Shown in pieces: positions 61,428 to 64,000 of a DNA stretch of 64,000 nucleotides. The stretch comes from Eledone cirrhosa (lineage: Eukaryota), in NCBI GenBank assembly GCA_964016885.1, contig OZ024743.1, forward strand, positions 58,032,001 through 58,096,000, read 5' to 3'. The position numbers and the translations under genes are program-made. Each line of letters opens with the position of its first letter. Position 1 is the stretch's first letter. Below the pieces are notes generated by a model. That model did not search any database, was not told where the DNA came from, and saw only the letters and a program-made list of their open reading frames with translations.

Positions 61428-62600
61428 TAAGTTAAAAATGTACATCCATATATGTATACTGAAATACTAGTATGCATATGAATACGCACACGTATACATA
61501 TGTAGATGTACCAAGTCTTTCACTGGTTACTTTACTGTGAGTATCCAGCTACTCTGTATGTAAACACACAGACAAACCGGTTTTTAGAGTCATACTGGTT
61601 TTTGAGGAAACACCTTTCCTCTATTCTCCAGAAAGCCAGACAAGGAATATTGAACTAGTTTCGTTGTTGTTACAACTCATCAGCAATATTTACCTATCTA
61701 CCGGCCTTTCTGGAGAATCATAAAAGCACATATCGTTATATGCTTTTTCTATGAAAATTAGTAGTGGGCAGACTAATTTGCATAGAGTGTGAGTACGTAC
61801 CGGTTCAACGGAGACGATAAAAACAAATAACGAAACGAAATTAAATTTCGTTTCGTTTGTAACTCACTTTTGTATGACTGACGCTTAAACAGTATGACTC
61901 TAAAAACCGGTTTGTCTGTGTGTTTACATACAGAATAGCTGGATACTCACAGTAAAGTAACCAGTGAAAGACTTGGTACATCTACATATGTATACGTGTG
62001 TGTATTCATATGCATACTAGTATTTCAGTATACATATATGGATGTACATTTTTAACTTAATTGTTTAAGCGTCAGTCATACAAAAGTGAGTTACAAACGA
62101 AACGAAATTTAATTTCGTTTCGTTATTTGTTTTTATCGTCTCCGTTGAACCGGTACGTACTCACACTCTATGCAAATTAGTCTGCCCACTACTAATTTTC
62201 ATAGAAAAAGCATATAATGATATGTGCTTTTACGATTCTCCAGAAAGGCCGGTAGATAGGTAAATATTGCTGATGAGTTGTAACAACAACGAAACTAGTT
62301 CAATATTCCTTGTCTGGCTTTCTGGAGAATAGAGGAAAGGTGTTTCCTCAAAAACCAGTATGACTCTAAAAACCGGTTTGTCTGTGTGTTTACATACAGA
62401 ATAGCTGGATACTCACAGTAAAGTAACCAGTGAAAGACTTGGTACATCTACATATGTATACGTGTGTGTATTCATATGCATACTAGTATTTCAGTATACA
62501 TATATGGATGTACATTTTTAACTTAATTGTTTAAGCGTCAGTCATACAAAAGTGAGTTACAAACGAAACGAAATTTAATTTCGTTTCGTTATTTGTTTTT
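61423..62600. mobile_element. 466-bp non-coding HHR-containing unit: one inverted monomer (61423..61890) plus 1.5 tandem monomers (61891..62600)
   Basis: AGTATGACTCTAAAAACC recurs at 61891 and 62357. The left block is the reverse complement of a full unit. Confidence 0.88.
62263..62307 (+). ncRNA. Minimal type I HHR (mirror 61646..61690 on -)
   Basis: AATATTG CTGATGA GTTG..CAAC GAAA CTAG TT CAATATT. Confidence 0.88.
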
Positions 62601-63215
<615 letters not shown>

Positions 63216-63217
63216 TA

Positions 63218-63716
63218 TTAACGGCTGAGCAGCCTAATTTGCATATCGAGTGAGTTAATCGGCCGGGGTACCAAAAACGATAAACGGAAAAAAATGAAAC
63301 GAAATTTCATTTCTCACTCTTAGTACGGCTGTTTCTTAACTATAAGTATGTATATATGCATAAGGAAAGTATATACTTTCAGACATTCAATCATCTGGCA
63401 GGAAGGTATACGTTGCTGACGATAGCTAATAAACTTGAAATTAGTACAGCGTTTCTTTGTCAGTGTTGAACAAATGAGCAACGATGGTTGCTAGACACTG
63501 TACGGCTTAATTCGGGATGTTTGTTTACAAACACACCCAGCATTATAATAAATGTTCGATGAATCCGTACGTACATATATATATATGTGCATGTATGTAT
63601 ATATATATACATACTACTGTATGTCTGTATATATGTATGTACGTATACATACTTATATTTAAGTAACAGCCGTACTAAGAGTGAGAAATGAAATTTCGTT
63701 TCATTTTTTCCGTTTA
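63218..63716. mobile_element. Sister family of the 466-bp element, tails-out, with HHR at 63410..63452
   Basis: Inverted repeat ~63280..63355 / ~63645..63716. HHR reads ACGTTG CTGACGA TAG...CTT GAAA TTAG TA CAGCGT. Confidence 0.72.
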
Positions 63717-64000
63717 TATATACATACTTACAAGTATATATGTATATGTACATATTTATAGAAACATTAATATTAATTATAACGTGTCGGACAATTTGAT
63801 TTCATCTTGGGGCGACCTTTACCACTCACTGAATGATTTTACGAAAATCGTATGTAAATACGAATTTGCATATCAGGATAGACATCATACATTACATATT
63901 GGATAAACGGGTTAGTGTTGGAATGCAAAAATAGTTCCCAACTGTACAATTACGTCGCTGGACCCTGAGAGAAAGTTCATGCATTAATAGATGCATCAGC

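Overview
Eukaryotic, AT-rich, microsatellite-saturated intergenic or intronic DNA. The tRNA-derived SINEs and repeat style suggest a cephalopod such as Octopus (inference). No host protein-coding gene, rRNA, tRNA or CRISPR array is supported, and the many YIYI/YVCM ORFs are translated microsatellites. The window is almost entirely retroelements, zoned by the microsatellite they sit in. At 1-5.5 kb, Tx1-clade LINEs end at (CTAT)n. At 5.5-22 kb, R4/Dong-like RLE retrotransposons and RTE-derived bipartite non-autonomous elements sit in (TATG)n, including a three-unit tandem amplification. At 24-64 kb, Penelope-like elements (PLEs) sit in (TA)n. The PLE zone is the most striking part. About ten insertions form 'tails-out' inverted repeats (arms 30 bp to 2.25 kb), with one arm usually carrying an extra 3' tail. 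More than a dozen minimal type I hammerhead ribozyme (HHR) motifs are present, several with an unusual U-U pair at the base of stem II. A 466-bp non-coding, highly structured, HHR-containing, circularly permuted tandem unit (61.4-62.6 kb) looks like a retrozyme or circular-RNA element and has a sister family at 63.2-63.7 kb. All structures and alignments were read by eye; coordinates are approximate to a few bases.
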